Source: a virus (taxonomy: Duplodnaviria > Caudoviricetes). From it: DNA of 27,541 nucleotides. Where the stretch lies: the IMG/VR virus record IMGVR_UViG_3300032373_000091, positions 1 to 27,541 of that record; one strand, written 5' to 3'. Shown here one piece after another: positions 6,479-15,114 of the stretch; position 1 is the first letter of the stretch; the number at the start of each line of letters is the position of its first letter. The notes beneath the pieces were generated by a model, which was not told the DNA's origin, made no database searches, and saw only the letters and a list, made by a program, of their open reading frames with translations. The translations under genes and the position numbers were made by a program.

Positions 6479-6569
6479 TACGGCGGCTTGGTAGGGGTTT
6501 AACTTTGGCATATCGCGGCCCTTTGTTGGTTGCTGATGCCATAACGCTAACAGAAAACAGGGGGCTGCA

Positions 6570-7103
6570 TTGGTAGAGAAGCCACAGGTAAATTCCACCA
6601 TCCCGAGCCATGATGACTGTGCCGCAGCCATTGCCGATGCCTTCAGCGGTTTTGTGGGCCGGGGCCATCGCCGTGCGGCGAGTGGCGTTAAAAATGCGCC
6701 AAAACTGGCGGTGGCGGCCTTGTCCGCAGATATCAACAAATGCGAGAGCGCGCTCTATACCTTTATTTCGGGCGAAAAACAGCCATCAGCCATTACATTG
6801 TTGCAGTGCGCTGCGGTTTTGGGGCCTGACTTTACCAATATGCTGCTTGTGGGCATTGGCCAATGTGGCTGTGTTCAAGTTGATAGCCGTGGCTCGGCAG
6901 TGCTGGAATTACTGGCTGTTATGAATGACGCCACCAGCAAATTAGCAAACGCGGCAAGTGACGGTTTGATAGATCACCGAGAAGCCGCCGATACAACAGG
7001 CCGCCTGCGGGCTGCCGCCAACGCCATGATAGCAACTGCTGAAGAATTGGAAGGTGTTGCCAAGCGTGGCGGCAGCCTTTCCGTTATCGCACCAAGGAGG
7101 TAG
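6570..7103 (+). CDS. Phage regulatory protein at the CII position
   Basis: HTH-like N-terminal half and C-terminal DGLIDHREA motif seen in CII/YmfL-like proteins. Follows cro; TTG start with AGGGGG SD. Confidence 0.65.
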   Translation: MVEKPQVNSTIPSHDDCAAAIADAFSGFVGRGHRRAASGVKNAPKLAVAALSADINKCESALYTFISGEKQPSAITLLQCAAVLGPDFTNMLLVGIGQCGCVQVDSRGSAVLELLAVMNDATSKLANAASDGLIDHREAADTTGRLRAAANAMIATAEELEGVAKRGGSLSVIAPRR

Positions 7104-7107
7104 GGAG

Positions 7108-7512
7108 GTGGCGGCACGGCAAAAAAAACCAGTGTGGATAGGCCCAAGCGAAGGCATTTTGCAGATACAGGTGGCGCAGTATCTGGATTTGATGTCGCGC
7201 AGTGGTTCTTTTTATTGGTTTCATGTGCCAAACGGCGGCTACAGGCCCGGGCGCGGCGGCAAAACCCTGAAAGCCCAAGGGGTGAAAGCCGGGGTTTGGG
7301 ATTGCCTGCTAATCGGCCAGGGCGCGCTGCTTTATTTTATTGAGCTTAAATGCGGGAGCCGCAGGCGCCATCGTAACGGCGGACTTTCCCCTGAGCAAAT
7401 GGCCTTCAAAGACAAACTGAACGGGTTGGGTGTGGTGCCATCGCATTTTGTGCGTGCGGATACGCTTGACCAGGTTGTGGATGCACTCAAAAACTGGGAG
7501 TTGATACGATGA
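7108..7512 (+). CDS. VRR-NUC family PD-(D/E)XK nuclease / resolvase
   Basis: E..LQ...WFHVPNGG...LKAQGVKAGVWD...FIELK...LSPEQ. GTG 7108 follows AGGAGG. Confidence 0.88.
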   Translation: MAARQKKPVWIGPSEGILQIQVAQYLDLMSRSGSFYWFHVPNGGYRPGRGGKTLKAQGVKAGVWDCLLIGQGALLYFIELKCGSRRRHRNGGLSPEQMAFKDKLNGLGVVPSHFVRADTLDQVVDALKNWELIR

Positions 7513-7916
7513 CAATATTTTCCATAAAAACCTTGTTTGACTGGGCAAAAGCGCGAACCAGAAACCGGCGCAGACCATGCGGTGGCAATGTGCCAAAAGT
7601 GCGGTCAAGCGAAGAAGCGCTGGAAGATATTCGCGGGCGCATGCTGTGGCTGCGGCTGAATGGCTATGTGATCAGCGCCGATATGCTGGCGCTGCACGCT
7701 GAATGGACAAGGATCACCGCGTTAGAGCGCTTGCGGGATACGCTTGGCCAGCGCGCGGGCGGGCGTAGTGACATTCAAAAGCAGATTGAGCGCTGCAAAA
7801 ATACGATCATGGTGCTTGAGGACCGGCTAGGGCTTTTCTGTGATCCGCGAACAGGCAAGGTGCCGCGCATGGCAAGACAGCAGCCCGCACCACGGGCTGG
7901 GGGGCTGACAGCATGA
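7509..7916 (+). CDS. Hypothetical phage protein
   Basis: ATGA overlaps with both neighbouring genes. Confidence 0.7.
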   Translation: MTIFSIKTLFDWAKARTRNRRRPCGGNVPKVRSSEEALEDIRGRMLWLRLNGYVISADMLALHAEWTRITALERLRDTLGQRAGGRSDIQKQIERCKNTIMVLEDRLGLFCDPRTGKVPRMARQQPAPRAGGLTA

Positions 7917-8431
7917 AAGGCCAGAGCAAAACCGCCAGTGTGGCGGAAAGCCTGATTAATATTGCGGTGGGTATTGGCGTTGGGTTTGTTTCGAATGTGA
8001 TTGTGCTGCCGATGTATGGTTATGCGGTTACTCTTAGCCATGCGGCGGGCATGACGGTGATATTCACGGTGATCAGCTTCGCGCGGTCTTATATGCTGCG
8101 GCGGTGGTTTAACTGGATGCATCTGAAAGAGGCGCGGGCCTTAACGCTTTCGGGCGTTATATTGCTGGATAGGTGGTTTGGGCTGTCATACGCGCGGTGG
8201 CTGACCCTGCCACGGGTTCTGATGGTGCAAATGCCGCCGCTGTGGCAGGGGAAAATGGCGGGCCTGCTGGATGAATTTGATGGCATTTTCCCCAAATGGC
8301 TGCCCGAGGGCCAATACTGTGAAGTGGGCCTGCGGGGGGCTAAGGGCCGTATGCATAAAATTCCTGATCATTTGTGCGAATTCAGGTGTGCGGGTGTCGC
8401 GAGGGCCGTACAGGAGGGCCCCTCGCTGTGA
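7913..8431 (+). CDS. Phage membrane protein (two-TM N-domain) with an extra C-terminal domain
   Basis: QSKTASVAESLINIAVG...FTVISFARSYMLRRWFN, followed by WFGLSYARWLTLPRVLM..MP. Coupled to neighbours. Confidence 0.75.
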   Translation: MKGQSKTASVAESLINIAVGIGVGFVSNVIVLPMYGYAVTLSHAAGMTVIFTVISFARSYMLRRWFNWMHLKEARALTLSGVILLDRWFGLSYARWLTLPRVLMVQMPPLWQGKMAGLLDEFDGIFPKWLPEGQYCEVGLRGAKGRMHKIPDHLCEFRCAGVARAVQEGPSL

Positions 8432-9081
8432 GCATGTCGAATGCCATAGGATGCCAACGCAAGGGTGATAGAGCAAAACGCCCTGATGACGATTTTTACC
8501 CCACGCCTGCAGAGGCCACAGAGGCCATATTAGGCCATCCGATGTTTAGAGGGGTTGTGGCTGATGGATCAACGCTGTGGGAGCCTGCCTGTGGCAACGG
8601 CGCTATCTCGAAAGTGCTTATGGCTTTTGGCTATCCCACAATTAGCACCAATATCAATGATCGAGGATACGGCGAAACAGGTGTTAATTTCCTGACCACA
8701 CGTAAGCGGCGGGCGAATGTGCTGTTTACCAATCCACCCTTTGATGCGCCAACGGGATCAGCAGCGGATTTTTTGAAGCAAGCAGGCCAGTTAAATATTG
8801 GCGTTGTCGTGATGTTGCTTAAATCAACTTACATGCATGCCGGAAAGGCGCGCGGCTGGTTGCAAGACAATCGGTGGAAGCCAACCTTAAAGCTTGAATG
8901 TGCATGGCGCATAGACTTTACCGGCGAGGGTGCCAGCCCGATGGATATGGCATGGTTTATATGGGTTGATCCGGGGCAGTTTGGCCGCTGTGGTTATACG
9001 CTGTTGGAGTTGGTTTACCGCCCGCTAATGCCAGAATTCATTGGGACTTTACCACCTGTGGACGCGGGGGCGGTGGCATGA
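8428..9081 (+). CDS. Orphan amino-DNA methyltransferase (m6A type)
   Basis: DDFYPTP, motif I WEPACGNGAI, motif IV TNPPF. GTG 8428 overlaps the upstream TGA; no adjacent restriction endonuclease. Confidence 0.88.
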   Translation: MSMSNAIGCQRKGDRAKRPDDDFYPTPAEATEAILGHPMFRGVVADGSTLWEPACGNGAISKVLMAFGYPTISTNINDRGYGETGVNFLTTRKRRANVLFTNPPFDAPTGSAADFLKQAGQLNIGVVVMLLKSTYMHAGKARGWLQDNRWKPTLKLECAWRIDFTGEGASPMDMAWFIWVDPGQFGRCGYTLLELVYRPLMPEFIGTLPPVDAGAVA

Positions 9082-10145
9082 ACCAGTATTTTGAAGTTTT
9101 GGCGTGGGGCTACAAACAAAGGGCGGGTAGCAGTGGCCCAAAGGCCGTGCTGCAATATTTGGTAACACGCGCCAACGACTGGTGGATTTGCATTCCCAGC
9201 CAACGGCTAATCGCTGAAGAAACCGAAATGACAGAACGGTCGGTCAGGCGGCATTTGTGTGTATTAGAGGACAAGGGGCTTATTCACCGTATTCGCCGCA
9301 GGCGGCCAGATGGCAGTTGGCGAAGTGAAGCATTTGTGCTGTGCGGCATTGATTTATGCATATTGGTTAAAAATATTGAATCCCGTACAGATATCCCAGA
9401 TTTTGTGGTTGATCTGTTGCCTAACCTCAAGGCCTTGATTGTTGAGCACCAGCCAGCGGACAATTTGTCCGGTGGTGTAAAGGATGAAGTTGAGCCAGCG
9501 GACAATGTGTCCAGCGGACAATCTGACCTGCGGACAAAAACGACCGAGCCAGCGGACACAGAGTCCGACCATGAACACCAACCTAACCCTAAGACTTACC
9601 CCCTTAGTCCCCCCACGGGGGGAGATCCTGTTCATGATAGAATTTTAGCTTTTAAGCCGGGGCCTGCCTTGGTGGATGATTTAGCGCGCCAGTTGAAGCT
9701 TGACCGGGATTTCATTCATTGGCTGGTGCCAGTGTGGCGGCAAGTGGCCATTGAAGGTGGATCGCGCATCAAAAGCGCTGCTACCAGCTTCCAGCGTTGG
9801 GTAAACCGGCACAAAGGTCTGGAAGGCTTGCGGCGTGAGTGGTGGCAGCAAAGCCACGGAACATCGGTAAAACAGCCGCATGCGGTGGCGGTCACAGCTG
9901 AAAATGTTTTTAAAACCGCGGCGGGCCAACAAGCGTTGATTGCCGGGGTAGGCGGTGCCTTTCTGAATGCTTGTGACAGGGATGGGCGCATCCTTGAAGC
10001 AATCCATTTGTTGGGGGTTATTGCTGACCAAAGTGCCGCAGACAGCAAGCCAAAAGACGAAGTGGCGCAGCGATGTTCTGATATTGCCGCCCAGCGTGAA
10101 CATAACCTGCGCGCCAAATATTTAGAACCAGAGGCGGTGGCATGA
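9078..10145 (+). CDS. Replication initiator (N-terminal winged HTH, lambda O analogue)
   Basis: KAVLQYLVTRAND...CIPSQRLIAEETEMTERSVRRHLCVLEDKGLIHR; carries internal iterons. Confidence 0.88.
   Translation: MNQYFEVLAWGYKQRAGSSGPKAVLQYLVTRANDWWICIPSQRLIAEETEMTERSVRRHLCVLEDKGLIHRIRRRRPDGSWRSEAFVLCGIDLCILVKNIESRTDIPDFVVDLLPNLKALIVEHQPADNLSGGVKDEVEPADNVSSGQSDLRTKTTEPADTESDHEHQPNPKTYPLSPPTGGDPVHDRILAFKPGPALVDDLARQLKLDRDFIHWLVPVWRQVAIEGGSRIKSAATSFQRWVNRHKGLEGLRREWWQQSHGTSVKQPHAVAVTAENVFKTAAGQQALIAGVGGAFLNACDRDGRILEAIHLLGVIADQSAADSKPKDEVAQRCSDIAAQREHNLRAKYLEPEAVA
9451..9566 (+). repeat. Replication-origin iterons (5 copies, roughly GCGGACAANNTGTCC)
   Basis: Copies at 9456, 9498, 9514, 9530 and 9552, several with an internal GGACA-N3-TGTCC dyad, in the linker of the initiator gene as in lambda O. 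Confidence 0.85.
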
Positions 10146-10372
10146 CCCGCCTGAATGTTCAGTTTTCATGCACTTTACAGCGGCGAACGTCGAAGGCCTT
10201 GCTTGTTTTGTTGAATGACGGGCGCTTTGAATGGCTGCCGCTCAATGGGGTGATTGCCTATACGATGCACGATCCCCTGCCGCCGCTGCCAAGCCACTGG
10301 TTCACGGTTAGCCCGTGGTTGGCACGCTTGAAAGATATCAAGGATAACCGGCCTTTTTGGGAAACTGTCTGA
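10142..10372 (+). CDS. Hypothetical phage protein
   Basis: Overlapping start and stop with neighbours; TSKALLV...EWLPL...TVSPWLA resembles small beta-rich phage proteins. Confidence 0.75.
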   Translation: MTRLNVQFSCTLQRRTSKALLVLLNDGRFEWLPLNGVIAYTMHDPLPPLPSHWFTVSPWLARLKDIKDNRPFWETV

Positions 10373-10638
10373 TGGATGACAAATTGCAGCAGCTGGGCGA
10401 GGTGTTTGAGCAGGTTTATTCGCGTGGCGGTGAACTGCTGGACGAACCTTGGCAGGTGGCTCGGGCGATAAAAGCACGGCGTGGCCGCACTACCTTGCAG
10501 GATGTGGCGATAAAAGCCGGCGTGAGCTCAAATACTGTGGGAAGGGTGGAAACCGATGGCGGCACGTTGTTGATGGCGCAGAGTGTGGCGGCGGCGCTGG
10601 GGTATGAGTTGAAGTTTCTGTTAGTGAAAAGGGGTTAG
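10372..10638 (+). CDS. XRE-family HTH protein
   Basis: IKARRGRTTLQDVAIKAGVSSNTVGRVE...VAAALGYEL. ATG overlaps the upstream TGA. Confidence 0.85.
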   Translation: MDDKLQQLGEVFEQVYSRGGELLDEPWQVARAIKARRGRTTLQDVAIKAGVSSNTVGRVETDGGTLLMAQSVAAALGYELKFLLVKRG

Positions 10639-10641
10639 GCG

Positions 10642-10938
10642 GTGTTGACTTTAGCCGAAGCAAAGCGGGATGAATTTGGCAACCGCCGCATGTTAAGCGA
10701 CATGATTTATGCCGAAAGCCATAAGGGCAGGTTGATCAAGGATATTGCCAAGGAGTTCTATATAGAGGTGCCTGCGGCGAATAAATTGAAGGCGGCGGCG
10801 CGGGCGCGGTGGTTGTTGAAAAATAGCGATGCCAGCCGGGCGCACGGTGCGTACCGCGTGACTGTTTTAAGCCCAGCCGCCGCCCGCAACCATGAACGGG
10901 CTTTTTATTCAGCACATAAGGGCAAGGGATATGCTTAG
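10642..10938 (+). CDS. Hypothetical protein (possible HTH)
   Basis: Fills the operon gap; GRLIKDIAKEF looks HTH-like. Confidence 0.6.
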   Translation: MLTLAEAKRDEFGNRRMLSDMIYAESHKGRLIKDIAKEFYIEVPAANKLKAAARARWLLKNSDASRAHGAYRVTVLSPAAARNHERAFYSAHKGKGYA

Positions 10939-11458
10939 AAACATTCTCAGAGAAGCTGTGGCGGATGGTTGTTCCGACTTTGCGGCGGAGAGTGGCCACG
11001 CGCCGAGTGTTGATGTATTGAGGGCCAATATAGAGATGCGTCTTGTGCGTGCCGCATGGACACTGCGGCGTATGCCTGACCGTGAGAAGGGCTGGTTATT
11101 GGGCGGCAATGCCTGGCCGGAAATTAGGAAAGAGCGTCCAACTGACTATAAGGAGGATGTGAGTGTGTTTGAGGTTCGCCTGAAAGGCCGCCTTACGAAG
11201 GTTGAAGTTGATGATATGGAGCCAACCCTTGATATGCTGTTATTATTGCCTGATGTGCAGGATAGGCAGCTGTTGTTCTGGGCGAGTTGGGCCCAAGAGG
11301 GTGAACTGTTGCCGCGTATTCCTTGGAAGCGCGTGAAAGAGATGATGAAAGATAGCCGTTATGCAGGCCTGTCCCGCACCACTTTGTGGCGGTATCATCA
11401 GCGGGCGCTTGATTGGTTGGCGGCGGTAGCAGCGATGAAGCAAGAAAAAGTGAAATAA
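10931..11458 (+). CDS. Putative late-gene regulator (DUF6362-like, at the lambda Q position)
   Basis: IEMRLVRAAWTLRRMP...W...C-terminal GLSRTTLWRYHQRALDWLA, a sigma-region-4-like HTH. Last gene before the late operon. Confidence 0.7.
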   Translation: MLRNILREAVADGCSDFAAESGHAPSVDVLRANIEMRLVRAAWTLRRMPDREKGWLLGGNAWPEIRKERPTDYKEDVSVFEVRLKGRLTKVEVDDMEPTLDMLLLLPDVQDRQLLFWASWAQEGELLPRIPWKRVKEMMKDSRYAGLSRTTLWRYHQRALDWLAAVAAMKQEKVK

Positions 11459-11528
11459 AATATATTTTGTGTTTGCGAAACCTCTGCAACCTATATAGGG
11501 TATATTTATATTGAAATCGGAGACGTAC

Positions 11529-11558
11529 GCTCGCACCACAAGGTGACGGGCTTTTTTT
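11529..11558 (+). terminator. Intrinsic terminator ahead of the late operon (tR'-like)
   Basis: GCTCGCACC-acaa-GGTGACGGGC followed by T7. Confidence 0.75.
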
Positions 11559-11573
11559 ATGTGAGAAACACCG

Positions 11574-12164
11574 ATGGCGGCGCCTGTAAGTATAGAGTTG
11601 CTGGGCCTTTCAGAGCTAAAGGTTAAGCTGACCACACTTGAACGCAAGGTGTTTCCTGTCGCAGCGAGCCGCGCTATTAACCGAACAGCAGTGACAGTGA
11701 GGCGGTTAGCGGTAAAGGATATAGCCAAAGAGTCTGGCCTACCGGGAAAGGCGATACGGTCCCGCGTTAAGATCACCAAACGGGCAGGGCGTATAGCTGG
11801 CACGTCAGAGACAGCACTTACCGCTATTGTGGAAGGCAAGGGACGACCATTCAATCTCATACGCTTTAAAGCCCGTCAGCTAAAGAAGGGCGTGAGTGCC
11901 AACCCGTGGGGTAGGAGGCAACTGTTTAAGGGTGCCTTCTTAGTTCCATCTAAGGCTGGCAGTGATACGATGTTTGTTGCGCATAGAAAGTCTGCGTCCA
12001 AAGGCAGCCGTAAATTGGAAGGCATGTTCGGTCCTGGTATTGCTAGAACCATGGCGAGCGAAGCAATCACACGCGCCCGCGAAGGTGTGGTGAAGGACCT
12101 GCTGCCGAAGCGCTTGCGCTCCGAGTTGGACTTCCGTGTCAAGCGCTTGGCGGCGCGCAAATAG
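11574..12164 (+). CDS. Lambda gpZ-like tail completion protein
   Basis: Basic protein with SRAINRTAVTVRRLAVKDIAKE and GAF...FVAHRK...LEGMFGPGI motifs. Confidence 0.75.
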   Translation: MAAPVSIELLGLSELKVKLTTLERKVFPVAASRAINRTAVTVRRLAVKDIAKESGLPGKAIRSRVKITKRAGRIAGTSETALTAIVEGKGRPFNLIRFKARQLKKGVSANPWGRRQLFKGAFLVPSKAGSDTMFVAHRKSASKGSRKLEGMFGPGIARTMASEAITRAREGVVKDLLPKRLRSELDFRVKRLAARK

Positions 12165-12208
12165 TTCGGTTTAAGAGTTTTGGGGTGAGCCTATACCCCC
12201 ACCCCTTT

Positions 12209-12326
12209 GGGTCCTTCTGGGCCCTTTCGCCGCTCACGGGTCCACTGCCGCGAAACGTGGCTAGTGGGTGGGCTTCAAATTAGGGTAACAAAAGTGGCGG
12301 AGTTCTGCGGTTCTTATAAGGTAACA
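12209..12326 (+). other. Candidate cos packaging site (cosQ-cosN-cosB-like)
   Basis: GGGTCCT (the lambda cosQ heptamer) at 12209-12215, dyad TCACG-G...C-CGCGA at 12234-12253, then GGTAACA repeats, directly upstream of the small terminase. Confidence 0.65.
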
Positions 12327-12366
12327 GATTTTGAACCTTGTTTTCCGCCTAACGGGGGAGGGTGTT

Positions 12367-13035
12367 TTGACAGGTTTCCCCACCCAAGTAAGCCAAGCAA
12401 AATACGCAGAACTTCAAGGGGTTAGCCGCAAAACGGTAACACTATGGAAGGAAGATGGATACCTGTCAATGGCAGGTAAATTGGTGGACGTAAAAGCGTC
12501 GGACAAGAAGCTAAAAAGCTGTGAGCTCGGACGCTTCAGGGTAACAACCAAGGTAACAAAAAAGGTCGCTAGGGTAACAAAATCCACAGCGCCGAAAAGA
12601 ACCTCGACAGCAGTACAAAAAGTAACAAGCCATCCACCAGCCGACCATGCGCTGGCCTCGAAAGCACGCGTTGCTAATATCCCACGGGATCACACAGACT
12701 CGAACGATGATGATCAACCCATCACGAAGGCACAAGCCAGCCTTCGCAAAGAATTTGCAATTGCTCAAAAACACGAACTGGACCTGAAGCGTATTGCCGG
12801 TGACTTGCTTGACCGCAAGGCGGTAGAGAAAGCGCAATATGAGATTGCCGCAGAAGAACGCGACGCGTTGTTGAACTGGCCCGCACAAGTCCATGCGCAG
12901 ATGTCTGTTGACCTTGGTATAGACGCGGGGTTGTTGGCAGCGACATTGGAAAAATATGTCAGGACCTTCTTACTCAATCGATCAGGCGGACTTGCAGATG
13001 CAAGCACGGCAGTCGGTGAGGAAGGCATGGGCTGA
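12367..13035 (+). CDS. Terminase small subunit (Nu1-like)
   Basis: VSQAKYAELQGVSRKTVTLWKEDG wHTH, coiled coil and GDLLDRKAVE...RDALLNWP. TTG 12367 follows GGAGGG; the ORF extends up to 12331. Confidence 0.85.
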   Translation: MTGFPTQVSQAKYAELQGVSRKTVTLWKEDGYLSMAGKLVDVKASDKKLKSCELGRFRVTTKVTKKVARVTKSTAPKRTSTAVQKVTSHPPADHALASKARVANIPRDHTDSNDDDQPITKAQASLRKEFAIAQKHELDLKRIAGDLLDRKAVEKAQYEIAAEERDALLNWPAQVHAQMSVDLGIDAGLLAATLEKYVRTFLLNRSGGLADASTAVGEEGMG

Positions 13036-14902
13036 TGCTCTGCGACCAGAAGAACCAATTACCGCCTGCGAATGGGCAGATCGTCATAGACGCCTGAGTG
13101 GTAAAGCCGCATCGGAGCCCGGGCCTTACCGCAGCGCCCGCACACCTTATGTGCGCGAACCACTGGAATGCCTTTCGATCATTGACCCGACCGAGCAAGT
13201 CACGCTGATGTGGGGCACCCAGTTGGGTAAATCTGAAACCGGCAACAATTGGATAGGCTACATCATAGACTGCGCTCCGGGCCCGGCGCTGATTGTGCTG
13301 CCGCGTACAGAAGACGCCGAAGATTATAGCAAGGAACGCATCGATCCGATGATCGAGGCCACGCCGCGCCTATCCAAAAAGATAGCCGACAAGCGTGACC
13401 GCGACGGCGGCAATAACGTAAGATCAAAACACTTTCCAGGAGGGGTTTTGGGTCTGACCGGCGGCAACAGCGCTGCTGGCCTGAAGTCCAAACCCCGTCG
13501 CTATCTCTTCCTTGATGAAGTGGATGAATATCCGCTGGATCTTGGAAAACAAGGTGACCCGATTACGCTGGCCAAAAAGCGCCAGGACAGTTTCGGACGC
13601 CGCAAGAAACGTCTGGTCACAAGCACACCGACGATCAAGGGTGCCAGCCGCATTGAACGGGAATATGAGATGTCCGATAAGCGGCGCTATTGGGTGCCGT
13701 GCCCTGATTGCGCCGAGTTTCAGACGCTCGAATTTAAACAACTCGAATGGCCAAAAGGCAACCCACAAGCAGCCAAATATATATGCGCTCACTGCGGAAG
13801 TGTGTTGGGTGACGAACATAAAACAGAAATGCTTGAGCGCGGCGAGTGGCGCGCTGAAACACCAGGTGAAGGGCGTTCAGCAGGGTTCCATTTGAATTCG
13901 CTTTACAGCCCGGTGGGCTGGTTTTCGTGGGTTGATATCGCCAATGCCTGGGAGGATGCCCAAGGCGATCAGCTATTATTAAAAACCTTTATCAACACCA
14001 TTTTAGCAGAGACTTGGGCGGAACGCGGGGAAGCCCCCGATTGGGAACGACTGTATGAGCGCCGCGAAAATTTCCCGCTTGGCACCTGTCCAAAGGGTGT
14101 TTTGTTTCTAACCATCGGTGCTGACGTTCAAAAAGACCGTATTGAATATTTTGTCTGGGGTTGGGGACGCGGCAAAGAAAGCTGGCTTGTTGATTATGAT
14201 GTCATAGACGGCGATCCCTACCGCGATGAAACATGGGGGCCTATCAGTGATCTTTTAAATAAGTCCTGGGATCATGAAGAAGGCGGCACCCTGCCTTTGG
14301 CCCGCATGGCCGTAGATAGCAACTATGCCACGGATGCGGTTGTAAGCTGGGTGCAGCGAAGCAAAGACCCAAGGGTGATGGCCATTCGCGGCGATCACTG
14401 GAAAAACTGGACATTTGTAATTGGTGGCCCGTCGCGCGCTGATGTGGCGGTGAACGGCAAGCGCACAGGTGTGCGGCTGTTTCCAGTGGGCGGCGCCCTG
14501 ATCAAACAAGAAACCTATGCGTTTCTGCGTTTGCCTGTGCCGCTTGACGGCGAGTCCTACCCAGAAGGGTTTGTGCATCTGCCGATGGTAGATGACGAGG
14601 TGGTTAAACAGTTGGTCGGCGAGGATCTGATCACCAATACAAACAAATACGGCCGCATGGTCCGAGAATGGCAGAAGAACAGAGCCAGAAATGAAGCGTT
14701 GGACTGCCGGGTTTATGCCCGCGCCGCCGCCGAGCAACTTGGGATTAGCCGTTTCACTGATGATCAATTGAACCAAATGGCCGCCGCAGTTCGCGTGGCA
14801 GCACAGAAAAATACAACACCAAAGCGCAGGCCTCCTGCCCAGTCCAATTATGCGACAGGGCGGGGCGGCGGGCGCGGTAACCGCAAAGTCTGGCTGAAAT
14901 AA
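12998..14902 (+). CDS. Terminase large subunit (lambda gpA family)
   Basis: EWADRHR, RTPY, Walker A GTQLGKSE, Walker B LFLDEVD, STPT, VPCPDC/CAHC, GADVQ, RNEALDCRVYA. Start uncertain (12956 or 12998). Confidence 0.97.
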   Translation: MQARQSVRKAWADALRPEEPITACEWADRHRRLSGKAASEPGPYRSARTPYVREPLECLSIIDPTEQVTLMWGTQLGKSETGNNWIGYIIDCAPGPALIVLPRTEDAEDYSKERIDPMIEATPRLSKKIADKRDRDGGNNVRSKHFPGGVLGLTGGNSAAGLKSKPRRYLFLDEVDEYPLDLGKQGDPITLAKKRQDSFGRRKKRLVTSTPTIKGASRIEREYEMSDKRRYWVPCPDCAEFQTLEFKQLEWPKGNPQAAKYICAHCGSVLGDEHKTEMLERGEWRAETPGEGRSAGFHLNSLYSPVGWFSWVDIANAWEDAQGDQLLLKTFINTILAETWAERGEAPDWERLYERRENFPLGTCPKGVLFLTIGADVQKDRIEYFVWGWGRGKESWLVDYDVIDGDPYRDETWGPISDLLNKSWDHEEGGTLPLARMAVDSNYATDAVVSWVQRSKDPRVMAIRGDHWKNWTFVIGGPSRADVAVNGKRTGVRLFPVGGALIKQETYAFLRLPVPLDGESYPEGFVHLPMVDDEVVKQLVGEDLITNTNKYGRMVREWQKNRARNEALDCRVYARAAAEQLGISRFTDDQLNQMAAAVRVAAQKNTTPKRRPPAQSNYATGRGGGRGNRKVWLK

Positions 14903-15114
14903 TGAGCACCAATTTCACAACCACGGACCTGGCAAGAATGGATGCCGCCATTGCCCAGGGCGTTCGCAAGGTAAAGTTTACCGACGGGCGTGAAGTTGAA
15001 TATTCGACTTTTCAAGAGTTGGTGCAGCGCCGCAACTTCATTGCAAAGGAACTGGGCACGTCAACCGCGAAAGCAGTGTTGCGCGCCAAGTTCAGCAAAG
15101 GCCTGACCTGCTGA
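14902..15114 (+). CDS. gpW-like head completion protein
   Basis: 70 aa between terminase and portal; AIAQGVRKVKFTDGREVEY. Confidence 0.88.
   Translation: MSTNFTTTDLARMDAAIAQGVRKVKFTDGREVEYSTFQELVQRRNFIAKELGTSTAKAVLRAKFSKGLTC

Noticed and set aside
7108-9081. Restriction-modification system (nuclease plus methyltransferase)
   Set aside because: The nuclease is VRR-NUC type and not adjacent to the methyltransferase; orphan methyltransferases are common in phage early regions.
9451-9566. CRISPR array or diversity-generating repeats (also 1909-1998 and the GGTAACA repeats)
   Set aside because: Repeats are short, mostly coding and lack unique spacers; no cas or reverse transcriptase gene is present.
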